A stretch of DNA of 62,200 nt, filler included, from Aduncisulcus paluster (lineage: Eukaryota), in assembly GCA_024181965.1 (NCBI GenBank). It is 3 parts of 3 records of this genome, joined end to end, with 100 filler letters (N's around TTAATTAATTAA, not from the genome) between each part and the next. Parts side by side here need not be neighbours in the genome. Positions count along the whole stretch, not along the records: positions 1 to 30,719 come from BQXS01010796.1; positions 30,820 to 47,751 come from BQXS01010799.1; 1 more part is not named here. The stretch is one strand, 5' to 3'. Position 1 is the first letter of the stretch, and the number at the start of each line of letters is the position of its first letter. Below the pieces are notes generated by a model. The model saw nothing but the letters and a program-made list of their open reading frames with translations. It did no database searches and was not told the origin of the DNA. Both the position numbers and the translations under genes were made by a program. Of this stretch, positions 23,279-34,250 are shown one piece after another.

Positions 23279-23611
23279 GCCCCCCACCTTCCTGGTATGA
23301 GCCTTAGAGAGAGTTTTCATTGCTTCCTCTGGAAGGATTGGTTTGTGTTTATAGGACGAAACAGGGAGATAAAGTCGGTTGATTTATTTTGATGCTATTT
23401 TTGGAGAATCAGATATCATCAAAAATTCAGTCCGGGTGTCTTGATTTTTTGTTGGCAAATGAGTTTATACACATAATAAGTTATCTATATTTTTATATTA
23501 TATTTCTCTTCTCAACAATAGGTCTTTATTTGATCTCAGAGAGAAATTGTGAGTCATGCCATGACAGCCCTTTTCTGCGCACGGTTCTATTTTCGCTACA
23601 AAATTTCTTTA

Positions 23612-24544
23612 ATGGAAGGATGTATTGGTAAAATATGCAGGGTATTCTTTATTATTATGCTTTTGTTACTGTTTGGCGGCGGCGTTGCGCTGATATACGG
23701 AAATCAAGTTACGAACAGATTTTTTGATAACGTAGATTCTTTTATAGCCTCAATTGAGGATGTTTCATCATTATCTTCCTTCTCTAGGTTCAAAAATTCT
23801 CTTGCTACAATGAGCATGACCCTTAGAATCAATGGCACAACATTCTCTCTTGATATCAATGATTTTACTGCTTATAGCGATGAACCATGTGGTGTTGATG
23901 AGGATGATATGGCAGCCCTTGAAGAAAGAGGTATTTCTAGCTCTGATATGGATTCATTTTTTTACAGATATTCTCCTTTAACAAGCTCTGATATTTCAGG
24001 TGTTTCTGGACTCGAATTTTACGCCGATATTAAGTTATTTGAAGACAGTACGTCCAATTTATCAATATCAAAGGAGTTTGTGTATAGTGACTTAACATCT
24101 ATCAATTCTGAAGAATCTTGCGATATTGATGAACATACATGTCAGTCTAAATGTCTCTCTGTATCATATGCAAAAGCTCTTAATATTGGAATCACTCCCA
24201 ACCATACCTCCACGTATCCGAATACTTATGATGTCAGTGGCGATGATGTTAACTTTGCCAACTGGAACCAATATTCCTACAGTTCATTTAGTTGCTCTTC
24301 GGTTGATTATCTTCCAGTAAGTTCCCTTTCTTTAAATATTTATGATATTACTACCTATTGTGGGATTTATCAGGCCAATTATGGTGGAGATTTCGGAGAT
24401 GATTTGTCCTGGCTTATTAAAATTGGCACTATCTTGTTGATTATTGGGGGATGCTGTGGTGGTATCGTTATTTTCTTAATCCTAATTAGAACCTTTCGTA
24501 AATGTAAGATTGGGATTTCAACTCCAATAATAATATCAACTTGA
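23612..24544 (+). CDS. Membrane protein with N- and C-terminal TM helices flanking a Cys-containing acidic ectodomain
   Basis: TM1 VFFIIMLLLLFGGGVALIY; TM2 IGTILLIIGGCCGGIVIFLILI followed by a basic tail. Confidence 0.8.
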   Translation: MEGCIGKICRVFFIIMLLLLFGGGVALIYGNQVTNRFFDNVDSFIASIEDVSSLSSFSRFKNSLATMSMTLRINGTTFSLDINDFTAYSDEPCGVDEDDMAALEERGISSSDMDSFFYRYSPLTSSDISGVSGLEFYADIKLFEDSTSNLSISKEFVYSDLTSINSEESCDIDEHTCQSKCLSVSYAKALNIGITPNHTSTYPNTYDVSGDDVNFANWNQYSYSSFSCSSVDYLPVSSLSLNIYDITTYCGIYQANYGGDFGDDLSWLIKIGTILLIIGGCCGGIVIFLILIRTFRKCKIGISTPIIIST

Positions 24545-25174
24545 AGTTGACACTCTACACAGAATTGACAAGAACTTGGACAATTTCCCAAGAAAACCCC
24601 GTATTTTTTGAGGAAAACTTCAAATTTTCCTGAACTTGTTGTTGTTGTTGTCCCCCTCAGATGATCCATCTATACAATTTGTATTCTTCCCTCTTATTCT
24701 CATATCACGGTGTGATTGGCTGTGACAGGTATAATCTGGGTCCATTAAGTCACGCTTTACTTTTCTCTTAGCAGAGTTTGGAAGATAGTTGGACACATAG
24801 GTGTAGGCGACGTAATAAAGAGGCTCATAATCTCGGAAAACGGTGTGGGAAGAGCATGAGCCAGCTGATCTATAGAGACTATAGATGAAGTCGGAAGTCA
24901 CCATTAAATAAAGATGCCCCAACGACGGTTTATTAAACCCTGCAGGTTCTGCCACGACAAGCACTCGAACTCAGTGACTGAGTCTCAATCGACGAAATGA
25001 AGACCGCCTAAGAGCAAAAAAAATAATATATGATAGTTCTATGATGTAAAATGACGATGATGTATAATAATTTGAGAAATAACATACCACAACATGGACC
25101 AGGAAAAAAATCAAATTTTGCTTGAATCTTTGTTTTTCTCTTTCTTATTCTTTGATTTCATCATCTACATTGAG

Positions 25175-26164
25175 ATGGATAATTTTTTCCCCAATTTTAG
25201 TTCATGGATTCCAAGCCAGCTAGAACATCTTAAAAAAATGATTTCCTCCTCTCACACTCGAAATCAACAACGCAATTGGATTGACATATCTCGTTGTATC
25301 GGGAAAACTCCGATCGAATGTGAATCTATGGCAAAAATATTGCTTTCTGATGTTAAACCCCAAAAATCATTCTCCTGTCATGTTAACCCAAAGTTTGCCG
25401 GTTCTTTAAAAGTGGACAGAGCAAAAAGTCGTAGAAAGATCGTCTCAAAGGGAAATTCTAAAGGGAAATCCGTTGATACTTCTCGTAAACATTTGTCCTG
25501 GACTGAGGAAGAAATTTTACAATCTGTATTTTTACATAGTCGTTTACGTAATAGATGGAAACTTTATGAAGAGTATTCATCCATTTCGAGGAGACCTACC
25601 CAAGTGAAATGTAAGATATTTAACCTTCGTTCAAAGGGTCTCCTTGGTGCACAAGAACAAAAGATAAAGAGTATTCTCGAGAAAAATGGTATCTCATGGA
25701 CCGAATGCTCCATTCGAAAAGGTTTGAGTGCTCTTGGAGTCAAGTTTGAACCCTCATTGCCAGAGTCCATCACCTCCAAATCTTCTCTTTATAGTTCTGA
25801 TACTCAACTATCCAATTGCAATGATTCCTCTTCTAAAGACGAGAGTATAATCATTGATGATGAGCAACTCTATGTCGATTCTTCTTTATCACCCAGTATT
25901 GGTATAGATTCACCGGAAGACTTTAAAAGCTCCCTTTATCTGGTGCATAACGATCATCAGTCTAGTGTTACAGCTTCTTCCTCGTCTTCTGATAAATATT
26001 CAGAGTTTGGGGGTAGTTTTTCTCCATTCTCATCCTCCTCTTCAGATGAATTAGATGATTCGATAAGAGATGATCATCATTTGATCGATGAATGGTTTCC
26101 TAGGTTAGCCATTGAGAAAGTTGTTTATGATCCCTTGAATGATTTGCTGGATTTCCTGAAATAA
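25175..26164 (+). CDS. Myb/SANT-domain protein (two divergent repeats), Ser/acidic C-terminus
   Basis: W....E.L...NW..IS..IGKT..EC and WTEEE.......LH..L.NRW.......RR..QVK motifs; likely start MDNFF (ORF track starts at 25094). Confidence 0.78.
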   Translation: MDNFFPNFSSWIPSQLEHLKKMISSSHTRNQQRNWIDISRCIGKTPIECESMAKILLSDVKPQKSFSCHVNPKFAGSLKVDRAKSRRKIVSKGNSKGKSVDTSRKHLSWTEEEILQSVFLHSRLRNRWKLYEEYSSISRRPTQVKCKIFNLRSKGLLGAQEQKIKSILEKNGISWTECSIRKGLSALGVKFEPSLPESITSKSSLYSSDTQLSNCNDSSSKDESIIIDDEQLYVDSSLSPSIGIDSPEDFKSSLYLVHNDHQSSVTASSSSSDKYSEFGGSFSPFSSSSSDELDDSIRDDHHLIDEWFPRLAIEKVVYDPLNDLLDFLK

Positions 26165-26582
26165 TTCAGTTGATCTATCAAAACCCTACAGATCATGAAT
26201 TTATGTAATTTATTCTTTTATTTTTTATATCATGTTTATTTTATTTTGTTTTCATAGTGTATTCTATCTTGTTATTTTCAATATCGCTTTTGTTAGTGTA
26301 ATTGTGTTTTCTTTCTTTGCGTCGCGTTCTAAGTTTTCTCATGTAGTTTTATATTTATTTCAATAAATTTTATTTGCATATTGATTCATAATTCTATAAA
26401 TTTCTAAAGATTTCTCATTTTCACAATCAGGCAGGATCATGTCAGGTAGGCATAAGAAAAAGAAATAAATATTATCAATGGCGAGATTTTGATAAAATTA
26501 ATAATATCATTGACTTTTTATTGTTCGGGTCTCATTGATTACGCTGTACTTCCAACCACTCAACTTTGTGCAACACAAGCTT

Positions 26583-28082
26583 ATGGACAGTTCTGGGATT
26601 GCCCAAATTATCACTTGGACATTGACTATTGCCATTGTCACAGGTGCTATCATTGCCGATGTGCTCAGAAACCCTATGGGTCATCCTAAGCCATTCACCA
26701 AATATCGTACTCTCAATTGGTGTTTGATTGGATTTTCTTATGCTTTGAGTTACATGGGAAGATACAATATCAACGTTCTTAGTGGATATTCCAATCTTGA
26801 ACAAGACTTTGGAGTTCATGACCTTGGTGTCGTTATCACCGTTGGTTTCTGGTCTTACGCTGTTTTCGTTGTTTTCAATGGATTTATTGTTGATCGTATC
26901 GGTGCTAAATATGGAATTATGCTTGGTACATCTGGAAGTGGTTTGATGAATATTGTTATGGGAATTTACATTTACGGAGCCCAGAAGACCAATTTCACTG
27001 GGACTAAGTTCGTTGTTGTTCTCTCTATTTTGTATGCCATCAACAACTTCTTCCAGACATTCTCCACAAGTTCTATCTGTAAAGCTGGTGTGAACTGGTA
27101 CCACATCTCTGAGAGAGGTTTCTTCTCTGGAATCTTTGGAGTTGTTATCAGTTTTGGTTTCTTCTTGTCCTTCCAGGTGAATGGTTTAATTCTTGACGTT
27201 TTGCCTACTCCCTTCCTGTTCTATATCCCAGCCATCACCCTCTTCATCATGTTCTTCCTTGATTGGATGGTCACATCAGCTATCCCCGAGCACAAGTTCA
27301 CAGCAGATGAATTGTTCACTCTTCGTGGAGATGATCCCCAGATCCGTGATGCTCGTCCTCCTTTCAGAGAAGTTATCAAGCCAATCTTGTCTCAGAAGAT
27401 TTTCTACTTCCTTGGTGCATGTGAGATTCTTATTGGATGGTTCAGAGATGGTATCCTTTCATGGTATCCAAGCTATTTCAATTCCCTTGGAGATGATACA
27501 AACTCCATTCCTTACATCCTTGCCGCCAACGGAGTAACAATCGGTGGAATGTTCGGATCTCTGCTCGCTGGTGTTATTTCTGATCTTTTCTGTAACGCTC
27601 AACGTCAGCCTGTGGCTCTGTTCAATACTTGCGGTGTGTTTGTGATGCAGTTCATTTTCGTTTTCGTTTACCAGAATGACTATGCTGGTGCTGTCATGAT
27701 TGGGCTTATCTCTATCTTCTTCTCAGGAGTTCACGGAATCATCACTAGTACTTGCGCTATGGACTTTGCTGGACATGGAGCTACTGGAACAGCTTCTGGA
27801 CTCCTTGATGGAATCCAGAAGGTTGGAAGTGGATTAACTGGTGCCCCTATGGGAGCTATCATTGACAAATGGGGTTACCAAGCTTGGATTATCTCAATGA
27901 TGCCTGCTTCTGGTCTTTGTGCCATTCTGTTCTCAATCATCTTGAAGGTGAGATCTGCCGAGCATATGGCTATGGATAAACAGGCTGACAAGCAAGGTTT
28001 GTTGGTGAGCAATGGTCCAGCTGATATTATGGAAGAGGATGGAGTACTTGATGTTCTCGATGCCGAAGATATCCTTGAATAA
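26583..28082 (+). CDS. MFS transporter, organophosphate:Pi antiporter (GlpT/UhpC/SLC37)-like
   Basis: About 12-13 TMs; Y..SY.GRYN, G.IVDRIG.K, NWY..SERG...GI, G.ISD....QR motifs; exact start uncertain. Confidence 0.88.
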   Translation: MDSSGIAQIITWTLTIAIVTGAIIADVLRNPMGHPKPFTKYRTLNWCLIGFSYALSYMGRYNINVLSGYSNLEQDFGVHDLGVVITVGFWSYAVFVVFNGFIVDRIGAKYGIMLGTSGSGLMNIVMGIYIYGAQKTNFTGTKFVVVLSILYAINNFFQTFSTSSICKAGVNWYHISERGFFSGIFGVVISFGFFLSFQVNGLILDVLPTPFLFYIPAITLFIMFFLDWMVTSAIPEHKFTADELFTLRGDDPQIRDARPPFREVIKPILSQKIFYFLGACEILIGWFRDGILSWYPSYFNSLGDDTNSIPYILAANGVTIGGMFGSLLAGVISDLFCNAQRQPVALFNTCGVFVMQFIFVFVYQNDYAGAVMIGLISIFFSGVHGIITSTCAMDFAGHGATGTASGLLDGIQKVGSGLTGAPMGAIIDKWGYQAWIISMMPASGLCAILFSIILKVRSAEHMAMDKQADKQGLLVSNGPADIMEEDGVLDVLDAEDILE

Positions 28083-28316
28083 GGGCTTTAATATTATTAT
28101 TATTATTATTATTACAATTGATAGAATTACTTTTATGTTCTACCACAGATTCTGGTTGCAGAATAAATTGAATTGTCATTTTTTTTTTTTATCTTTTCTT
28201 ATTTGCCAAAACTCTCAGCCTCAGGCTAGATTTTGATTCTTTTAAGGCATGTTTATTTATAAATAATTTCAGCGATCTATTAATATTACATTATTAATTT
28301 CATTGTAACTTCGTTT

Positions 28317-28341
28317 TCATTACTAATGAGATTAGTAATCT
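28317..28341. repeat. 25-nt twin-palindrome element TACTA-N7-TAGTA (copy 1)
   Basis: TCATTA-C-TAATGA overlapping by 1 nt with AGATTA-G-TAATCT, between convergent genes. Confidence 0.85.
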
Positions 28342-28517
28342 AGGGTTTTACGATTATTGCTCATTAATACTAACGAATTGTTTATTATTATCCAGTTTTT
28401 CATATTAATACATCCAATTTTGTTAAAATGAAACGGTACAATCGTCCCAATTTCAACTAATTAATGAATATAAAATAGAAACTATAATTTAAGAAAATAA
28501 CGAAAAATAATGAGAAC

Positions 28518-29657
28518 TTAAATTCTTTTATAAAATCCTTTGAGAATGCCACTAACATTAAAGTATCTAGAAGAGCTATATTTTCTTCTAATGGCCACAA
28601 GTCGCGAAGATAAGCCAGCTCCACATGATTTCTTCACAATTAGAGCAAGAGCAGAGACATCGGCTTCCTGGTAACCAGTGTGTTCATAAAGAGTTGAGGA
28701 CCAGCCATCTTTGCCGGAAATAACATTTGAAAGGTAAATTGCTGCTGCTGCAAGGAAAGATGGACGATATTTAAGCATCTTAATATCCATTAAGCATAAT
28801 TCGGCAATTAAGAAGGAGAGATATCTTTGAGGATGTGATAATTCGGCGATTTTAGCATATCTTCTCAGAAATGTTATGGAAGTTGGGAATGAGAGACTAA
28901 ATCTGAGGGTAGTGAGAATAACCTTTTCCATTTGAACTAATTCATCGCGAGTAAAAGCTCCATCTGTCATGTAAACAAATTTATCGATCGACTGAGTGTA
29001 TGAATCTTCGAATTTGCTTGCAATTACGAGAGAAGCAATTCCAAGAAGCTGCAATCTACGTCGTACAACCTGCTTTTTGCTACTAAGGAATCGATCACAT
29101 ATTTGAACAGAAAGGAAAAGAGCTTCATTGGGGAGTTTAAAATTAGTGTGAACTTCAGAAATCCAGTCTATCAAAATACTTCTCATTTTGGGGGCGAGAT
29201 CAGGCTGTCTTATGAGATAATTGGGATCGGGACGACCCTTTTGCTCCGCTTCGAGTAAATATTGGTAAATTTCCTTGACATATTCAGACACGGCATAAGG
29301 ATTATCATCATCTTCAGCATCAATATCAATCAAGGGATCGACTTTGGGCATAGGAATAGGGTCTAACTCACCATGACTCTCCGAAAAAGAGTCTTGGCTG
29401 CTCGGAATTGATAAAGAAGATTGGGAAGGGGGCATATGTTCGGATAACTGACTTTGTGTAGATTCAGAAGCAAATCCCTAAGAAAGAGGAATATATTGGT
29501 TGTAAAATTATTAAAAACGGATAAAAAATAATTAGATGGCAAGTAATTTGAAATAACATACAACTTCTCCGAGAATTTTCCTGTCACTTTCAACTTGGTA
29601 ATGCTTAATAGGAGCATGAAAATATGATTCTGACTGAATTGATTGATATCCGTACAT
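28518..29657 (-). CDS. Mitotic B-type cyclin, 2 exons (29657-29562, 29477-28518)
   Basis: Cyclin box MRSILIDW, LQLLGIASLVIASKFE, FLRRYAK; NPYAVSEYVKEIY; exon 1 supplies the D-box-like RKILGEV. Confidence 0.92.
29478..29561 (-). other. Spliceosomal intron, 84 nt, phase 0
   Basis: GTATGTTATTTC...CTCTTTCTTAG; contains an in-frame TAA; splicing gives a continuous ORF. Confidence 0.88.
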
Positions 29658-30082
29658 AGTAAATTAGTTCTAAAATTTACAGAAATTGCAGAAAATTGGG
29701 TAGAAATGGTAAAATTTGGAAAAGGTTAGAAATCAGCATAAAATATGATAATTTTTATAATATTTGATATATATAATAAGTAAACATACAAAATATTGCA
29801 ATATTCTTGAAGTGGAATATTATATGACGGCTTCAAAACCAGAACTTTTCAGAAATCGAAAAATGAAATAATACACGGGCGATATAAGGGGAATATCTCA
29901 ATGATTAGATAAAATTGGATTGATTCTAATAATCATATCCCGAAATTTATTTAAAAATAAGCGTAGAGGATGTGAAAACTGTTTAAGTGGTAACTAAAAA
30001 GGAATTATTCAATAAAAAAAAACAAATCGATTTGAAAATGCTCAAATAAACGCACGAAATTCATTTATAATAAAACATGGTA

Positions 30083-30718
30083 TTACTTAGACACGAGAGA
30101 AGGGAAAGTGCACTTTCCAGGAACTAAATCTGAACAAAATACACTTTCTGGAGATATTGATGACGAATTGGGTGAAATAAAGAACCCAGATGGTTCCACT
30201 GGATATATTCTTTCAAGAGATAAACGAGGGTTAGATGAATCCAGAAGTCCATCACATGAAAAATCAAGAGAGAGAGAAGGATAAGAAGATGTAGAAAATG
30301 ATGAGATTGAGCGAGATGAGGAGGAGGAGGATGGAAATGGAACGTCTAAGTGTGAATGGTGAGAGTGGAATGTTGACGGGTGATGCATGGTGCCTTGCAA
30401 TGGGTGGAGATTATCATAATACGAGGGCTGGGAGGGCCCAAAAAGATCACTTCCTTGTCCAACTCCATCATAATGAGTGTAAATATGAGGAGAGTAGCTT
30501 GGGAAACAGGGAGCCATATCATATCGGGAACTTCTTGGGTATGGGGCTGGAGGATGTCCGTGATGAGAGGAAGAATGAAGGTAGGGTTCACATGCAGCTC
30601 TTTTCTGAGGAAATGAGAGCAAGGGAGGACATTGGTCTCGATCTGAATGCTGAATTGATGGAGAAAAATGAGAAACTCGTTTCTTTTCACGAATGATTGA
30701 TTTTTCTTGAACTGGACT
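30083..30718 (-). CDS. 3' part of a Ser/Pro/His-rich protein, truncated by the linker gap
   Basis: Frame open from the gap (SPVQEKSIIREKK...) to the TAA at 30083. Confidence 0.65.
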   Translation of the reverse strand, partial: SPVQEKSIIREKKRVSHFSPSIQHSDRDQCPPLLSFPQKRAACEPYLHSSSHHGHPPAPYPRSSRYDMAPCFPSYSPHIYTHYDGVGQGSDLFGPSQPSYYDNLHPLQGTMHHPSTFHSHHSHLDVPFPSSSSSSRSISSFSTSSYPSLSLDFSCDGLLDSSNPRLSLERIYPVEPSGFFISPNSSSISPESVFCSDLVPGKCTFPSLVSK

Positions 30719-30719
30719 A

Positions 30720-30819
30720 NNNNNNNNNNNNNNNNNNNNNNNNNNNNNNNNNNNNNNNNNNNNTTAATTAATTAANNNNNNNNNNNNNNNNNNNNNNNNN
30801 NNNNNNNNNNNNNNNNNNN
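30720..30819. other. Artificial 100-nt contig linker (44N-TTAATTAATTAA-44N)
   Basis: Six-frame stop spacer embedded in Ns; an identical construct sits at 47752-47851. Confidence 0.95.
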
Positions 30820-31802
30820 TTTTCACGTGTCATTTCTATGATTCTAGATATTCTCTTTTTCATTTCTGTCTGCTCCTTATCTGAAGCTAAGTGAGGTCCC
30901 TTATCAAGAACAAAGGCTCCTCCATGTGCGACAATGCTTTTTTCAATCATCGACAAAGCTCTCTTCATGTTTTCCAGGGCTGTTGTCTGCCATTTTGATT
31001 GGCACACCATTAAGAACATTGGAGAGGATAAAAGGGTAATTTTAATGGGAGCTTCGGGTGTTGAAAAATCAAGACCAGTGGAAACAGAATCCTTAATAGC
31101 GGTGATTCCTTTCTCATTAAAACAAGTTACTCTGAAAAGGGAATGGAACTTCACAGCAGAAGGAGCAAGTTTATCTTTAACACGCTCATAGAGGATTGGA
31201 AGCAATCTCTCAGCTTTTTCTTCCAAGGAAGCCTTTTCTTCTGGGTCAAGATCGTGTCTTTCGGTCAATTCTTCAATGGCTTGCTTTGATACACGCTCAA
31301 AAGTTCCGGCTTCATTGATAGCAACAAGAAGACCATCATAAACGTTATCGTATTCATCAGCAAGTGGCCAACCGAAAAGAGTGTAAACTTCTATTGTTCT
31401 CAACTTAGCTTTGTAAGCAATGTTCCTAAAAATGTTATGAACCGCCTTTGATTTTGCATATTTAGCCCTAGCTTCGTTTTTATCATCATCATTGATGTCT
31501 CTTTTCGACACATCAACATTTCCTTTTGATTCATCAACACGCATAACAGAAACAACATCCTCAGCACCTTCGATTATTCCAACCTTTTTTAAGGAACGAA
31601 CTCTTTTCCTAGAAATTTCACGGAATTGAAGCATTGCCTTCATTTCAGCATATTCTAAAAGACGTACATAAACTCCTGTATCGGTGATTTTTTCAACTTT
31701 ACAGACAACATTCTGATTCTGAGCTGGGAAAGGATTCTTATACATCCTACAATCCTCGGCAAGTTGAGTTTCACCTCTGAGTTTTTGTTTTCTCTCTGAC
31801 AT
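30820..31802 (-). CDS. EIF2S1: Translation initiation factor eIF2 alpha, 3'-truncated by gap
   Basis: CRMY...FP, YV.LLEY, EISRKRVRS (Ser51 context), V.RVD..KG.VD.SKR, VTCF...GI.AIK, PIKI.L..SP; likely start MSERK at 31802. Confidence 0.92.
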
Positions 31803-32385
31803 TTTTTCTTGCTGAACAAAGCGGATGAAAATATTCAATCGAGAAAATAGTGAGAATAAACTGGTAATTTCCGCATACGATAAAATAATATGAAGTAAAT
31901 AAGAAAAATTATCATTTTTTAGTTTTCTTTTCTTTCAAGAAAGGACTATTCAATTTGTTGACAGCCTTCTGAAGGCAGAGGTGTTCCAGTATTATACGAT
32001 TACTTGTTCTTCTATCATGTAGAATGGGAAAAATATCAGAAAATTGAAATCAAACTTTATTTTATGAGGGATCCGCCAATCTTGAACAAATTGGGAATAT
32101 TGAGATGAAATATTGGCATGAACAACAAATAGAACGATTTTATTTGTGAATTTTTCAATATATTTCCTTTTTGTTACAACCTTGGGTCTCCAGTCAACTT
32201 CCCTGATTCATCGGATGGATCATTTCATCATCAATCGCTGTGGATGTTGAGGTCAGAAAAAAAAAACGAAAATAATATAGTAAACATTATTTCACACAAT
32301 TTATTAAATATAACAGCCCTTTCTCATATTTCTATAAATAGTACCAATCATGATAGGCATTTTGGCTCTTTTGAAAGTTAGCTAA

Positions 32386-33564
32386 ATGGAATCTATTGAA
32401 TCTGGAAGCTTTGAGACTAATTGGAGTCAAGTATTCACATCATTTGATGATTTGGGTTTACGTAAAGAGTTACTTAGAGGAGTTTATGCTATGGGTTTTG
32501 AGAAGCCTTCCGCCATCCAACAATATGGAATTAAGCCTATTGTTGAAGGACGTGACACAATCGCTCAAGCTCACTCAGGAACTGGTAAGACAGCTACCTT
32601 CAGTATAGCCACCCTTGAGAAGGTTGATATCACGAAGAAGGTCCCTCAAGCTTTGATCCTTGCTCCTACCAGGGAGCTTGCTGGACAAAGCAAAGCTGTT
32701 TTGTCAAACCTTGCTAGATTTATGTCTGGTTTGAGTGTTCACTGTGCTATTGGTGGTACTCCCATTGATGATGATATTGCTGCTTTCCACCGTGGTGTCC
32801 ACATTGTTGTTGGAACCCCTGGTCGTATTAATGATCTTATTAGGAGAGAAGTTCTCACCCCTGCCACTATTGAGCTTATTATTCTCGATGAGGCTGATGA
32901 GATGCTTTCTCGTGGTTTTTCTGAGCAGATCTACGATATCTTCAAGAGCTTGTCATCCGAAGTACAGGCCTGTTTGATTTCTGCTACTATGCCTAGCAGT
33001 ATCCTCGAGATGACCTCTCAATTCATGAGAGACCCAGTCCAAATCCTTGTTAAGAGAGAAGTTCTTACTTTGGAAGGTATTCGTCAATTCCATATTGATG
33101 TTGATGCTGAATCATGGAAGATCGAGACTCTTTTGGACATTTATAAGATTATCAGTGTCCAACAGTCTGTTATCTTCTGTAATACCAGGACAAGGGTTGA
33201 GCAACTCGTTGAGGAACTCAAAAAGCAGAAATTCACTGTTGTTTGTATCCACGGTGAAATGGAACAGCGCGAAAGAGATGCCATAATGCGTGAGTTCCGC
33301 TCTGGTACCCACCGTGTTCTTGTTGCCACTGATCTTATAGCTAGAGGAATCGATGTCCAAAACTGTTCTTTGGTCATCAACTTCGATATTCCTAAGAATA
33401 AGGAAACATATATCCACCGTATCGGTCGTTCTGGTCGTTTTGGTCGTAAAGGTATTGCTATTAACTTCATCACTCGTGATGATGCTGAGATGCTCAAGGA
33501 AATCGAGCGTCACTACGAGACTGAAATCCCCCCCATGCCCGAAAACATCTCCTCTTTGCTGTAA
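32386..33564 (+). CDS. EIF4A: DEAD-box RNA helicase eIF4A
   Basis: GFEKPSAIQQ, SGTGKT, PTRELA, TPGR, DEADEMLSRGF, SAT, ARGIDVQ, HRIGRSGRFG. Confidence 0.95.
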   Translation: MESIESGSFETNWSQVFTSFDDLGLRKELLRGVYAMGFEKPSAIQQYGIKPIVEGRDTIAQAHSGTGKTATFSIATLEKVDITKKVPQALILAPTRELAGQSKAVLSNLARFMSGLSVHCAIGGTPIDDDIAAFHRGVHIVVGTPGRINDLIRREVLTPATIELIILDEADEMLSRGFSEQIYDIFKSLSSEVQACLISATMPSSILEMTSQFMRDPVQILVKREVLTLEGIRQFHIDVDAESWKIETLLDIYKIISVQQSVIFCNTRTRVEQLVEELKKQKFTVVCIHGEMEQRERDAIMREFRSGTHRVLVATDLIARGIDVQNCSLVINFDIPKNKETYIHRIGRSGRFGRKGIAINFITRDDAEMLKEIERHYETEIPPMPENISSLL

Positions 33565-33695
33565 ATAGAAATAAATGTTCCCACTTTTTAATTGTGTTGA
33601 ATTTTCGCTTTTTGGCAGCCTCTCCAAACTTATTTCAATATTTACACCGTGCATTTTCCCAATTATTATTATAATTATACTCTTTTGTTTTTATT

Positions 33696-34250
33696 ATGGG
33701 TCTTTTAACTGTATTGAGGGATGTTAAAGAGAAGGAAAAAGAAATGCGTATTCTAATCCTGGGATTAGATAATGCTGGGAAGACAACGACGATTAAACGC
33801 ATTAAAGGGGAAGATGTTGATAAAATTTCGCCAACTGTAGGTTTTACAATCACATCATTTGATTTTCTGTCTTTCAAATTAAACATCTGGGATGTTGGGG
33901 GCCAGCGTACAATTAGATCATATTGGCGTAATTATTATGAAAAGACTGATGGTATTATCTGGGTTGTGGACTGCTCAGATCGCCGAAGAATTGAATCTTG
34001 TCAGAAAGAATTTTTTGAACTACTTGCAGCTGAAAAGTTGGAAGGTGCATCTTTATTGGTTCTTGCAAATAAGCAGGATATTGCTGGGGCAATGACACCC
34101 AAAGAGGTTGTGAAGCATTTGAAATTAGATGACGTGAAAAGAAGACATTGGAGAGTTCAAAAGGCGAGCGCAATGACAGGATTTGGCTTAAAAGAAGGGT
34201 TTGATTGGCTTGTTGATGATATTTCAAAGAGAATCTTTATATATGATTGA
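33696..34250 (+). CDS. ARL2: ADP-ribosylation factor-like GTPase 2
   Basis: MGLLT.L...K.KEKEMRIL.LGLDNAGKTT, WDVGGQ...RSYWRNY.E.TDG, NKQD, W.VDDI..RIF. Confidence 0.95.
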   Translation: MGLLTVLRDVKEKEKEMRILILGLDNAGKTTTIKRIKGEDVDKISPTVGFTITSFDFLSFKLNIWDVGGQRTIRSYWRNYYEKTDGIIWVVDCSDRRRIESCQKEFFELLAAEKLEGASLLVLANKQDIAGAMTPKEVVKHLKLDDVKRRHWRVQKASAMTGFGLKEGFDWLVDDISKRIFIYD

